A DNA stretch of 64,000 bases, from contig NZ_CP116808.1 of assembly GCF_028464065.1 (NCBI RefSeq), positions 1,135,886 to 1,199,885 of the forward strand, written 5' to 3'. Each line of letters opens with the position of its first letter. Position 1 is the stretch's first letter. The position numbers and the translations under genes were made by a program. Origin of the DNA: Saprospira sp. CCB-QB6. GTDB lineage: Bacteria; Bacteroidota; Bacteroidia; Chitinophagales; Saprospiraceae. This document shows positions 38,701-46,794 of this stretch, piece by piece. A model generated the notes under the pieces. It made no database searches, was not told the DNA's origin, and saw only the letters and a program-made list of their open reading frames with translations.

Positions 38701-39194
38701 TGGAGCAACTACTGGATGGTCTCCCCTGCCGCAATCGCCTGTTGCTACTCGATGCCTGCCACTCTGGAGAAGTCGATAAGGAGGTGGAAACCGAAAAGAA
38801 ATCGGTCAGTAGCTTTGCCCAAAATATCCTCAAACGAAGCAAGTCAGGTAGCACACAAATACGCCCCAAAACGGGACTCAACAATTCTTTTGCCTATATG
38901 AAGGCCCTCTTTTCGGACCTAGAACAGCAGACGGGCGTAACTGTCATCTCGGCCGCAGGCGGCTTTGAGCTGGCCTACGAGTCCGATGAATGGGGCAATG
39001 GCCTCTTTACCTACGCCCTCTTAGAAGGCCTCAAGAGCAAGCAGGCCGACCTCAATGGCAATGGCGAAATCCCCATCCTCGAGCTGCGAGATTTCCTCAG
39101 CCAAAGGGTTTTAGAACTCAGCCAAGGCCAACAACAACCTACCGCCCGCCAATCCAATGTCTTTAATAACTTTATCCTTTACCGTTATGATTAG
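35766..39194 (+). CDS. Secreted WD40-repeat protein fused to a C-terminal caspase-like (peptidase C14) domain
   Basis: Signal [20 protein letters not shown]; WD40 repeats ([31 protein letters not shown] etc.); caspase catalytic dyad YISSHG (His) and [10 protein letters not shown] (Cys). The ORF-track start 35460 is an extension through element copy 14. Confidence 0.8.
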   Translation: [1142 protein letters not shown]

Positions 39195-39203
39195 TTTTTT
39201 TTC

Positions 39204-39331
39204 TTTTGGGGCCTCCGCTGCGGCCAAAGGCCTTGCGGCGCTACGTTTCGGGGCTCGCAAGTCTGCTCGGCCCTGCGCCGCTAAAGCGGCTGGGTCTGGC
39301 CCTACGGGCCACCCCTACACATCGCTAGGCC
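39204..39331 (+). repeat. GC-rich structured interspersed element, copy 15 (subfamily II, core variant)
   Basis: TTTTGGGGCCTCCGCtgcggccaaaggccttgcgGCGCTACGTTTCGGGGCTCGCAAGTCTGCTCGGCC...GGTCTGGCC...CCCCTACACATCGCTAGGCC. Confidence 0.9.
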
Positions 39332-39342
39332 GCCCCCAAGGC

Positions 39343-40284
39343 TTGGCCAAATTATCCTCCTTTGGCTGCAGTTTTCTGTTGCTCTCTTCCTTTGTAGGGA
39401 GCTTAACGGCCTGCCAGCCTGCCCAATCTGCAGAAGACAACCAAAGCAATGCTCCCGCAATTATTGTTGTAGATAGTGTTCCCGCTAAAGCCCCCACAGA
39501 AATGCCACCCAGCCCGCTTCTCCCCAAGCTCCATAAACTAAAGGATAGCCTAAGCACAATTAAAGTAGCGGGCCATGAAGTAGATATTCGACTCCCCCAA
39601 GCCCCTTTTAAAGGCAGCCTATTTATTTTGCCTGGCTACAATTTCCCTAAAGAGGATGCCTGCCAAAAGGCGCCCCAACTCTGCCAAACGTTTTTAGCAG
39701 CAGGCTATCTACTCATCATGCCCGAAATGGGCCGCTCCTTATACAGTAGTCAGTATTTTCCCCAAACGCAGGCACGCTACAAACAATATCCCGATCAAAA
39801 CTGGTTTATTGATAGCCTAATTCCTCATCTGCAATTGGAGTATGACCTCGCCCTTGAAGAACAGCGCAATTTTATTGTAGGGATTTCTACTGGGGGTAGA
39901 GGAGCAGCCCTTTTGGCCTTGGCTCAGCCTCAGCTTTGGACCGCAGTGGCCAGCCTTTCGGGTGATTTTGACCAAAGCCAGATGCCTAATGATGGACTGA
40001 TGCGCAATTTTTATGGCCCTTATGCTCAGTTCAGTCAGCGCTGGAAAACCGTAGATAATGTAATCGTCCGCATAGACGATTGGCAAACCCCTATTTTTAT
40101 TGGGCATGGCGGAGCCGATAAGGTGGTCCCTCCCGCCCAGTCTCAACAACTTTTTGACAGCTTGCAAAGCCGTTTAAATCAGGAGCTACTCTATTACTCT
40201 GCTCCCCCAAAGGCCGAGCACAACTATGCTTATTGGGGTGCTGAGGCCAAAAACATACTGGCCTTTTTTCAGTCATTGCCTTAG
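39343..40284 (+). CDS. Alpha/beta-hydrolase esterase lipoprotein (start uncertain: TTG 39343 proposed)
   Basis: Lipoprotein signal (M/L)AKLSSFGCSFLLLSSFVGSLTAC; GISTGG nucleophile motif; IGHGGADKVVPP. The ORF-track ATG at 39157 lies before and reads through element copy 15. Confidence 0.6.
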   Translation: MAKLSSFGCSFLLLSSFVGSLTACQPAQSAEDNQSNAPAIIVVDSVPAKAPTEMPPSPLLPKLHKLKDSLSTIKVAGHEVDIRLPQAPFKGSLFILPGYNFPKEDACQKAPQLCQTFLAAGYLLIMPEMGRSLYSSQYFPQTQARYKQYPDQNWFIDSLIPHLQLEYDLALEEQRNFIVGISTGGRGAALLALAQPQLWTAVASLSGDFDQSQMPNDGLMRNFYGPYAQFSQRWKTVDNVIVRIDDWQTPIFIGHGGADKVVPPAQSQQLFDSLQSRLNQELLYYSAPPKAEHNYAYWGAEAKNILAFFQSLP

Positions 40285-40315
40285 CGGGCTGTTTTTTGTC
40301 CTGCTTTGCGCTTTG

Positions 40316-40355
40316 CCCCCTAGTTGCTTGTAGCAGCTAGGGGGCTTTGTTGTTT
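40316..40355 (+). terminator. Rho-independent terminator of esterase gene
   Basis: ccccctag-ttgcttgtagcag-ctaggggg followed by a T-rich ctttgttgttt. Confidence 0.55.
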
Positions 40356-40440
40356 GGGCTAATCCCCAGCAGTTTACGCTAACTCATTCAGCCGCTATTT
40401 AGCGAGAGTACTCTTAGCCTATTGGCCAGCTCTCTGCTCC

Positions 40441-40545
40441 AATTATTATAGCAAATAAAGAGGGGGCATGCTAGTCCTCTAGAGGGGGTCCCCGACCCCT
40501 CTGCAGGGGGTACTCTACCCCTCAGGGGGATTCTTTTACCTCCAA
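40441..40545. other. Cluster of four G5/C4-5 tract mini-hairpins (cctcTAGAgggggtcccc, cccctCTGCAggggg, cccctcaggggg)
   Basis: Seen directly; four GGGGG runs each paired with a nearby CCCC(T) run around palindromic cores (TCTAGA, CTGCAG). Confidence 0.7.
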
Positions 40546-40559
40546 GCGAGGACCTATAG

Positions 40560-40775
40560 AAATCATCAGGAGGACCTCATGAAATCCTCGGGAGGATGTC
40601 AATAAATCCTCTTGACCATTTTACAAGATCCTCGGGAGGACGTTAATAGATCCTCTTGAGCATCTTGCAAGCTCCTCGGGAGGACGTCAATAAATCCTCT
40701 TGACCATTTTACAAGCTCCTCAGGAGGACCTCCTTAAATCATCTTGATGAGGTATAGAGGTCCTCTTGAGGAGGT
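40560..40775. repeat. Tandem array of four about 44-bp units centred on the palindrome TCCTC-G/A-GGAGGA, plus flanking degenerate copies
   Basis: tcctcgggagga at 40585, 40629, 40674; tcctcaggagga at 40717 (period 43-45); unit = tcctcgggaggaCGTcaataaatcctcttgaccattttacaag; flanking degenerate tcatcaggaggacctc (40565) and ggtcctcttgaggagg (40757). Confidence 0.85.
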
Positions 40776-40947
40776 AGTGCCCCCCTAAAGGGAAATTAGC
40801 CTTTACCCAAGGTTCAACAGCTAGCAAAATGGCTAAATTTTATCGTCTAATGCGAACAATTTAGCCTAAAAACCTGAAAAATACTAAAAAATAGTAGCTA
40901 AAACGTATTTTTTATTGGTTATAACTTGCATTATTAAATTGTTTACC

Positions 40948-40964
40948 CTACGTTTATAACGTAG
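40948..40964. promoter_or_regulatory. Palindrome ctacgtt-TAT-aacgtag about 85 bp upstream of the orphan gene start
   Basis: Perfect 7-bp inverted repeat in the AT-rich promoter-like region. Confidence 0.35.
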
Positions 40965-41045
40965 ACAACGAAAAGGACTATAACTTTGTAGTTGTCGAAC
41001 AAGTTCTTGACTAATAAATTTTCAATCAATTAAACATTTTGACCT

Positions 41046-41555
41046 ATGTCTAGAAGAAATGTAATTAGCATTGATTTGCTTGCTAGTGATTTGCAGCAAA
41101 TTATGTCTGCCTTTGAGAGCATTGAGCAATTACTGCAGGGCAAATTGACCAACATCAGCCCGGAGGACCGTCAGCGTTATGGGAGTGTAAATGAGCAGGC
41201 CAAACTATTTGTGTTTAAGGCGCATGATTTTTATCGGGCCAAGGGGCAGTTGCTTCCGAGCTACTTTGATGCTGTGGAGTATGAAAAAGACTTTGAGGGG
41301 CGTAAAGCCTTTGAGCAGATGGAAAGCAGAATTAGCGAGCTATATGAAAAGGTTCGCGACACTCGGACGCTTTTGGATTATGATACCCTTCAGTATTCTT
41401 ACAGTCTATATCGGCATCTGAAGAACATGAGCCAGGAAGACATTCCAGGCATTGATTTTTGGCTAGAGGAGATGTCTCAGTTTTTCAAGCGTAGCACTAA
41501 CAATGGTTTGGAGGAGCAGAGCAATGATGAGGCGGAGCCTCCTATTGTTGAGTAA
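41046..41555 (+). CDS. Hypothetical protein (169 aa, acidic C-terminus), no recognisable domain
   Basis: ORF only; preceded by the 760-bp repeat-rich gene-free region. Confidence 0.5.
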   Translation: MSRRNVISIDLLASDLQQIMSAFESIEQLLQGKLTNISPEDRQRYGSVNEQAKLFVFKAHDFYRAKGQLLPSYFDAVEYEKDFEGRKAFEQMESRISELYEKVRDTRTLLDYDTLQYSYSLYRHLKNMSQEDIPGIDFWLEEMSQFFKRSTNNGLEEQSNDEAEPPIVE

Positions 41556-41647
41556 TTACTTTTAGGTGTTTAACTTGGGGGGTTACTAAAGTGTAATTAC
41601 AGCCAAGCTCTACTTTTGTGGGGCTTGTTTTTTTTGTGGGCGTGGAT

Positions 41648-41765
41648 GGCCTAGCGATGCGACGGGGTGGCCGTCAGGCCAGACCAAGGCGGCTTCGCCG
41701 CCGCAGGGCCGAGCAGACCTGCGAGCCCCAAAGCGTAGCGCCTGCCGCAGGCAGGAGGCCCCAAA
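41648..41765 (-). repeat. GC-rich structured interspersed element, copy 16 (subfamily II, core variant)
   Basis: GGCCTAGCGATGcgacggggtggccgtcaggccagacc...GGCCGAGCAGACCTGCGAGCcccaaagcgtagcgcctgccgcaggcaggaggccccAAA. Confidence 0.9.
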
Positions 41766-41882
41766 TAAAAAGGCTGAAGTAAATTCTTGTTATCTTGCTG
41801 AAGCTTTGTTAAATTTGGGGCTTGTTTTTGGGGCTTAGGGTCCTGAGCAGATATTAACAAACCGTATTACGAATAATATATC

Positions 41883-42596
41883 ATGGGAAGAGCATTTGAA
41901 TATCGCAAAGAGCGCAAGATGAAGCGCTGGGGCCAGATGGCCAAGGTATTTACAAAAATTGGTAGAGAGATCGCATTGGCGGTAAAAGAGGGGGGCCCTG
42001 ATCCGGAGAACAACCCTAAGTTGCGGATGGCGATACAGAATGCCAAGGTGGCCAATATGCCCAAAAAGAACGTAGAGGCGGCTATTCAGCGAGCGACCTC
42101 TAAGGATGCCGAAGATTTGCAGGAGGTGATCTATGAGGGGTATGGTCCCCATGGTATAGCCTTTATTATTGAGACCTTGACGGATAATCCCACGCGTACG
42201 GTGGCCAATATTCGTTTTTATTTTAGTCGTTCTAATGGCTCATTGGGTACCTCAGGTTCTGTCTCTTTTATGTTTGACCGTCAGGGCGAGTTCATTGTGG
42301 ATGCTGAAGGTTTGGATATGGAAGAGTTGGAGTTGGAATTGATTGATGGAGGAGCGGAAGAAATTGAGGTGAATGAGGATCAGATTTATATCTACACGGC
42401 CTTTGAGGACTTTGGGAATATGCAAGCCAAGTTGGAAGAGTTGGGGATAGAGGTAAAAGAGGCTAGTTTGCAGCGTTTTGCCAATGCGAGCAAGCAATTG
42501 GATGATCCCGATCAAATTGCTGAGATAGAGAACCTTATTGATAAGTTTGAGGATGATGACGATGTGCAGAAGGTTTTCCACTCTATGGAAATATAA
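41883..42596 (+). CDS. YebC/PmpR family DNA-binding transcriptional regulator
   Basis: MGRAFEYRKERKMKRWGQMAKVFTKIGREIALAVKEGGPDPENNPKLRMAIQNAKVANMPKKNVEAAIQRA is highly characteristic. Confidence 0.9.
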   Translation: MGRAFEYRKERKMKRWGQMAKVFTKIGREIALAVKEGGPDPENNPKLRMAIQNAKVANMPKKNVEAAIQRATSKDAEDLQEVIYEGYGPHGIAFIIETLTDNPTRTVANIRFYFSRSNGSLGTSGSVSFMFDRQGEFIVDAEGLDMEELELELIDGGAEEIEVNEDQIYIYTAFEDFGNMQAKLEELGIEVKEASLQRFANASKQLDDPDQIAEIENLIDKFEDDDDVQKVFHSMEI

Positions 42597-42693
42597 AAAA
42601 TAAGCAAAAAAATAGGCGCTTTATTTGGACAAATCAATTGGAGCGCCTATATTTGCATCGCACTTGAGGAAACGATAGTGCATTACTACTCTT

Positions 42694-42779
42694 GCCCAGG
42701 TGGTGGAATTGGTAGACACGCTACTTTGAGGGGGTAGTGCCTAATTACAGGCGTGCAAGTTCGACTCTTGTCCTGGGCA
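42694..42779 (+). tRNA. tRNA-Leu (anticodon GAG), long variable arm
   Basis: Manual fold: acceptor GCCCAGG/CCTGGGC, D-arm GTGG-AATTGGTAGA-CACG, anticodon stem CTACT/GGTAG with loop TTGAGGG (GAG), 17-nt variable arm, T-arm GCAAG-TTCGACT-CTTGT, discriminator A. Confidence 0.85.
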
Positions 42780-42786
42780 CACAAAA

Positions 42787-42826
42787 ATCTCGATATCGGA
42801 AGATGTCGGGATTTTTTTTTGACCTA
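42787..42826 (+). terminator. Rho-independent terminator after tRNA-Leu
   Basis: atctcgata-tcggaaga-tgtcgggat (9-bp stem with 2 G-U pairs) plus T9. Confidence 0.6.
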
Positions 42827-42835
42827 AGACTAGGA

Positions 42836-42870
42836 AATAAAAAAGCCACAAGTCATACAACTTGCGGCTT
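42836..42870 (-). terminator. Rho-independent terminator of ADH gene (minus strand)
   Basis: aagccacaagt-cataca-acttgcggctt hairpin preceded on the + strand by an A-run (T-run on minus). Confidence 0.6.
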
Positions 42871-42892
42871 TAGTTTTCTCTAGTGCTACAAT

Positions 42893-43945
42893 CTAAGCCT
42901 CCAAAGAAGCCATATCAATAACGAAGCGGTATCTCACATCGCCTTTTTCGAGTCGGTCAAAGGCTTCATTGACCTCTTGGATATTGATCCGTTCTACGTC
43001 GGCAACAATTTGGTGCTCGGCACAGAAGTCTAGCATTTCTTGGGTTTCTGCAATACCACCGATATTAGAGCCTGAAAAGCTTTTGCGTCCTTTTACCAAT
43101 TGGAAGGCGCCTACTTCTAGAGGTTGAGCAGGTAGGCCCACAATAACGAGGCTACCATCTACGGCTAAGGCATTCAAATAACTGTTCACATCATGTTTGG
43201 CAGAAACTGTATCAATGATGAGATCAAAGCCTTTGGCTTGAGCCATGGCTTTGGGATCAGTAGATAAGATCGCTTGATCAGCCCCTAAGCGTTTAGCATC
43301 TTCGGCCTTAGCTACCGAGCGAGTGAATACGGCTACTTCTGCCCCCATGGCGTTAGCGATACGAACGGCCAAATGGCCCAGTCCACCAATACCAATAACA
43401 CCTACTTTTTTACCTGGCCCAGCCTTCCAATGTTTAAGGGGAGAATAAACCGTGATGCCTGCACAAAGTAAGGGAGCCGCAGCGGCTAGGTCCTCAAAGT
43501 TGGGCATTTTCAAGACATAGGCCTCATCACAGACATAGAATTTGGAGAAGCCACCATAGGTTCGTCCACCAGAAACCTTATCAAGAGAGTTGAAGGAGAA
43601 GGTCACCCCTTCTTCGCAAAACTGTTCTTCCCCAGACTCACAATGTTGGCAATGCTGACAAGAATCGACAATACAGCCAACAGCAGCTAGATCGCCTACT
43701 TTAAAGTTTTTTACTTCGGGCCCAACTTGGGTCACTCGGCCTAAGATTTCGTGGCCGGGGACAATAGGGAAAGTTGTTCCGCCCCAGTCGTTGCGAACCG
43801 AGTGTAGATCTGAATGGCAAATACCACAAAACAGAACTTCCATCTCTATATCTGTGGCCAAAAGAGTTCTTCTTTTGATTTGCATACTTTCTAAAGGCTG
43901 AGTAGCGGCCTCTGTGCCATAAGCTTTTACGCTAGTCGTGTTCAT
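42893..43945 (-). CDS. Zn-dependent NAD(P)-alcohol dehydrogenase (cinnamyl-ADH/YahK-like, MDR family)
   Basis: CGICHSDLH zinc motif, GHEILGRVTQVG, GIGGLGHLAV Rossmann motif. Confidence 0.9.
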   Translation of the reverse strand: MNTTSVKAYGTEAATQPLESMQIKRRTLLATDIEMEVLFCGICHSDLHSVRNDWGGTTFPIVPGHEILGRVTQVGPEVKNFKVGDLAAVGCIVDSCQHCQHCESGEEQFCEEGVTFSFNSLDKVSGGRTYGGFSKFYVCDEAYVLKMPNFEDLAAAAPLLCAGITVYSPLKHWKAGPGKKVGVIGIGGLGHLAVRIANAMGAEVAVFTRSVAKAEDAKRLGADQAILSTDPKAMAQAKGFDLIIDTVSAKHDVNSYLNALAVDGSLVIVGLPAQPLEVGAFQLVKGRKSFSGSNIGGIAETQEMLDFCAEHQIVADVERINIQEVNEAFDRLEKGDVRYRFVIDMASLEA

Positions 43946-44064
43946 TTACTAATTTTTTTAATGGTTCTGATTGTTTGTGGAGAAACAGACAGAGACTTGT
44001 TTTGTTTGTGGAGGGAATAAAGCAAAGCCGCCAACTTATGGAGATAAGTTGGCGGCTACATCCT

Positions 44065-44604
44065 CTATCCTTCTGTTCTCAATAAGGCGTAATGATATTC
44101 ATCCCAAAATTGGCCTGACTTATAGACGGCTTCCAAGGCCTTGCCCTCTAAACGAAAGCCTGTAGCCTCCAATACCTTGGCCGAACCCATATTAAAGCTG
44201 AATACTTTGCCCTCTACCCGATGCAAATCGGGATAAAGACCCCAAGCTCGCTCCAAAAATAAGGGCAAGATCTTTTTCATTAGCCCCCGCCCCCAAAAGG
44301 CTGGCGTTAACCAATAGCCTATTTCCATATTGTAGCGCCAAACATCCTGATGCCCATGCAAACCAATCCCCCCTATCAATTGCTCTTGGGCAAAGATGGC
44401 TAAAATCCCCCCTTGGGATGGAATGGCCACATTATTTACAAATCCTTCCGCATCCGCAAAAGTGTAAGGCGAAGCAAAACGATCACTCATGCCTTTGGCT
44501 ACTTCTGGATAATCCGCCGCCTGCTGTAAGGCCTCCGCATCCGCTGGCTGAAAAAGGCGCAGGGAATAGGCCTCGCCATTTAGTTCAAATTCTATCTCTT
44601 TCAT
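44065..44604 (-). CDS. GNAT family N-acetyltransferase (RimJ/RimL-like)
   Basis: WRYNMEIGYWLTPAFWGRGLMKKILPLF acetyl-CoA binding region. Confidence 0.8.
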   Translation of the reverse strand: MKEIEFELNGEAYSLRLFQPADAEALQQAADYPEVAKGMSDRFASPYTFADAEGFVNNVAIPSQGGILAIFAQEQLIGGIGLHGHQDVWRYNMEIGYWLTPAFWGRGLMKKILPLFLERAWGLYPDLHRVEGKVFSFNMGSAKVLEATGFRLEGKALEAVYKSGQFWDEYHYALLRTEG

Positions 44605-44637
44605 TTTTTATCTTTGAGTTCACTCAGAATAATTAAC

Positions 44638-45834
44638 ATGATCAAGATAGATAAAATAAAACAACTGGCCCAAGAACAACTGGACCAATGGATCAGCATT
44701 CGCCGACATCTCCACCAATATCCCGAACTCTCTTTTGAAGAATGGGAAACCGCTAATTATATCGCCTCTTGCCTAGATCGCTGGGGCATTAGCTACCAAA
44801 GAGGAATGGTCAAAACAGGGATTTTTGCCCAAATTGAAGGCAAAAATCCCGATGCGGCCTGCATTACGCTCCGTGCCGATATAGACGCGCTCCCTATCCA
44901 AGAACAAACAGGCCTGCCCTTTAGCTCTAAAAATGAGGGCTGTATGCACGCCTGCGGTCATGATGTGCATACGACTTCCCTACTCGCTACCGCCTTTATC
45001 CTTAATGAACTTAAGGAGGAGTTTGAGGGCCGCGTTCAACTGATTTTCCAACCCGGCGAAGAACTGCTACCCGGCGGCGCTAGCCAAGTTCTGGCCGAAG
45101 GCTGGCTGGACCAAAGCCTAGCTTTCCCGATTCTGGGCCAACATGTAGAACCTAGCCTACCCGCTGGACAGGTTGGCTTTCATCCCGGCCCTTTCATGGC
45201 CTCCGCCGATGAGCTCTATCTCTCTGTTTATGGTAAGGGCGGACATGCCGCCCGCCCCCAAGACTGTAATGATGTGGTCCTGATTGCCTCTCATCTAGTG
45301 GTCGCCCTCCAACAGTTGATTAGCCGATTTAGAGACCCCCTCCAACCCTCGGTCCTTAGTTTTGGCAAGATGAATACCGCAGGCGGCGCCACTAATGTCC
45401 TGCCCGAACGCATTGACCTTGAAGGCACATTCAGAGCCTTCAATGAGGAATGGCGAGCCGAAGCCCACCAAAAAATGCAACAACTCTGTCAGCAAATGGC
45501 CAAAAGTATGGGCGGCCGTGCCGAGCTGGAAATCAGAAAGGGCTACCCCTATTTGCACAATGATGAAGCCCTCACGCATAGCCTCATACAAGCCGCCCGC
45601 GACTATGTCGGAACCGATAATTTGGTCCTCTTGCCCCAACGCATGGGGGCCGAAGATTTTGGCTTTTATGCCCAACAACTGCCCGCCTGCTTCTATCGCT
45701 TGGGCACGGGCATTGGCCCAGGGCTGCACCACCCCAAATTTTCTCCCGATGAAGCAACCGCCCTCCCCTTAGGGGCTGGACTCATGGCCCATCTGGCCCT
45801 TTTTCAGCTAAATCAACAGATCAAAAAGGCCTAG
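44638..45834 (+). CDS. M20D family amidohydrolase (N-acyl-L-amino acid amidohydrolase-like)
   Basis: MHACGHDVHTT metal-binding motif, GGHAARPQD. The ATG at 44638 is preferred over the TTG at 44614, which is only 10 bp from the divergent GNAT start. Confidence 0.8.
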   Translation: MIKIDKIKQLAQEQLDQWISIRRHLHQYPELSFEEWETANYIASCLDRWGISYQRGMVKTGIFAQIEGKNPDAACITLRADIDALPIQEQTGLPFSSKNEGCMHACGHDVHTTSLLATAFILNELKEEFEGRVQLIFQPGEELLPGGASQVLAEGWLDQSLAFPILGQHVEPSLPAGQVGFHPGPFMASADELYLSVYGKGGHAARPQDCNDVVLIASHLVVALQQLISRFRDPLQPSVLSFGKMNTAGGATNVLPERIDLEGTFRAFNEEWRAEAHQKMQQLCQQMAKSMGGRAELEIRKGYPYLHNDEALTHSLIQAARDYVGTDNLVLLPQRMGAEDFGFYAQQLPACFYRLGTGIGPGLHHPKFSPDEATALPLGAGLMAHLALFQLNQQIKKA

Positions 45835-45929
45835 TTGTTTGCCTCCTAGCTTTTGCTTAACTTGCAGCCAATTCGCGTTGAACTCATTTGAAAACATAGA
45901 GGCTCGACCTCTTCAAAGCTTTTTTTTCT

Positions 45930-46586
45930 ATGAAATTTTTTGTGGATACGGCCAATCTGGCCCAAATTCAAGAAGCCGCCGACCTTGGCGTTTTGGATGG
46001 TGTAACGACCAACCCCTCTCTAATGGCCAAAGAAGGCATCAAAGGCGAGGAAGCCGTGCGCCAACACTACCTAGACATCTGCAATATTGTGGACGGTCCC
46101 GTAAGTGCCGAAGTGATTGCCACTGACTTTGAGGGCATGATCAAAGAAGGCGAAGCCCTAGCCGCCCTACATCCCAATATCGTCGTGAAGGTCCCTATGA
46201 TTGAGGATGGCGTGAAAGCCCTTCGCTACTTTAGCGATAAAGGCATCAAAACTAACTGTACGCTCGTCTTTTCGGCTGGACAAGCAATTTTGGCCGCCAA
46301 AGCAGGCGCTACCTACGTTTCTCCCTTTATTGGCCGCATTGATGACATTAACTGGAATGGCGTGGAATTGATCGAACAGATTGTCCATATCTACCAAAAC
46401 TTTGCTTTCCGCACTCAGGTTTTGGCCGCTTCTATCCGCAACCCCTTGCATATTGTACAATGTGCAGAGCTCGGCGCAGATGTGGTCACTTGCCCCCTTT
46501 CTGCCATGAAAGGTATGCTCAAGCACCCCCTTACAGATATCGGTTTGCAAAAGTTTTTGGCCGATCACGCTAAAAATAATGGCTAG
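45930..46586 (+). CDS. Fructose-6-phosphate aldolase / transaldolase family (TalC/MipB type 3B)
   Basis: [31 protein letters not shown], catalytic-Lys region VVKVP; 218 aa. Confidence 0.85.
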   Translation: MKFFVDTANLAQIQEAADLGVLDGVTTNPSLMAKEGIKGEEAVRQHYLDICNIVDGPVSAEVIATDFEGMIKEGEALAALHPNIVVKVPMIEDGVKALRYFSDKGIKTNCTLVFSAGQAILAAKAGATYVSPFIGRIDDINWNGVELIEQIVHIYQNFAFRTQVLAASIRNPLHIVQCAELGADVVTCPLSAMKGMLKHPLTDIGLQKFLADHAKNNG

Positions 46587-46604
46587 TTAAAGTCCATGAA
46601 GATA

Positions 46605-46633
46605 AAGGCTACTTTTCAGTAGCCTTTTTTTTT
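46605..46633 (+). terminator. Rho-independent terminator of tal/fsa gene
   Basis: aaggctact-tttc-agtagcctt plus T9 that merges into the TTTTGGGG of element copy 17. Confidence 0.75.
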
Positions 46634-46794
46634 GGGGCCTCCGCTGCGGCTTCGCCTTGCGGCGCTACGTTCCGCAGCTCGCTATTACTTGCTTCGCTGC
46701 GTCGGCTCCCGTTGGTCGGGTCGCTCGGCCCTGCGCCGCCTAAGGCGGCTTGGTCTGGCCTAACGGCCACTGCTGCACATCGCTAGGCCAATTG
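46629..46794 (+). repeat. GC-rich structured interspersed element, copy 17 (subfamily II, with about 30-bp insertion)
   Basis: TTTTGGGGCCTCCGCtgcggcttcgccttgcgGCGCTACGTTCCGCAGCTCGCTATTActtgcttcgctgcgtcggctcccgttggtcgggtCGCTCGGCC...CTGCTGCACATCGCTAGGCCAATTG. Confidence 0.9.

Noticed and set aside
40579-40605. AGGAGG followed 8 nt later by ATG (MKSSGGCQ*) inside the 44-bp repeat region
   Set aside because: It would encode only 8 aa. Shine-Dalgarno-type RBSs are not typical in Bacteroidota, so the AGGAGG is part of the TCCTC/GGAGGA palindrome family.
41560-41882. Repeated ggggcttgttttt motifs (41614, 41812, 41826) around element copy 16
   Set aside because: They are short and few. They are probably decayed TTTTGGGGC element termini or terminator tails, which is insufficient to call a separate feature.
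44614-44637. TTG start for the M20 amidohydrolase as given in the ORF track
   Set aside because: The TTG is only 10 bp from the divergent GNAT start codon. The in-frame ATG at 44638 (MIKIDKIKQLAQEQ) leaves a more plausible 33-bp divergent promoter gap.
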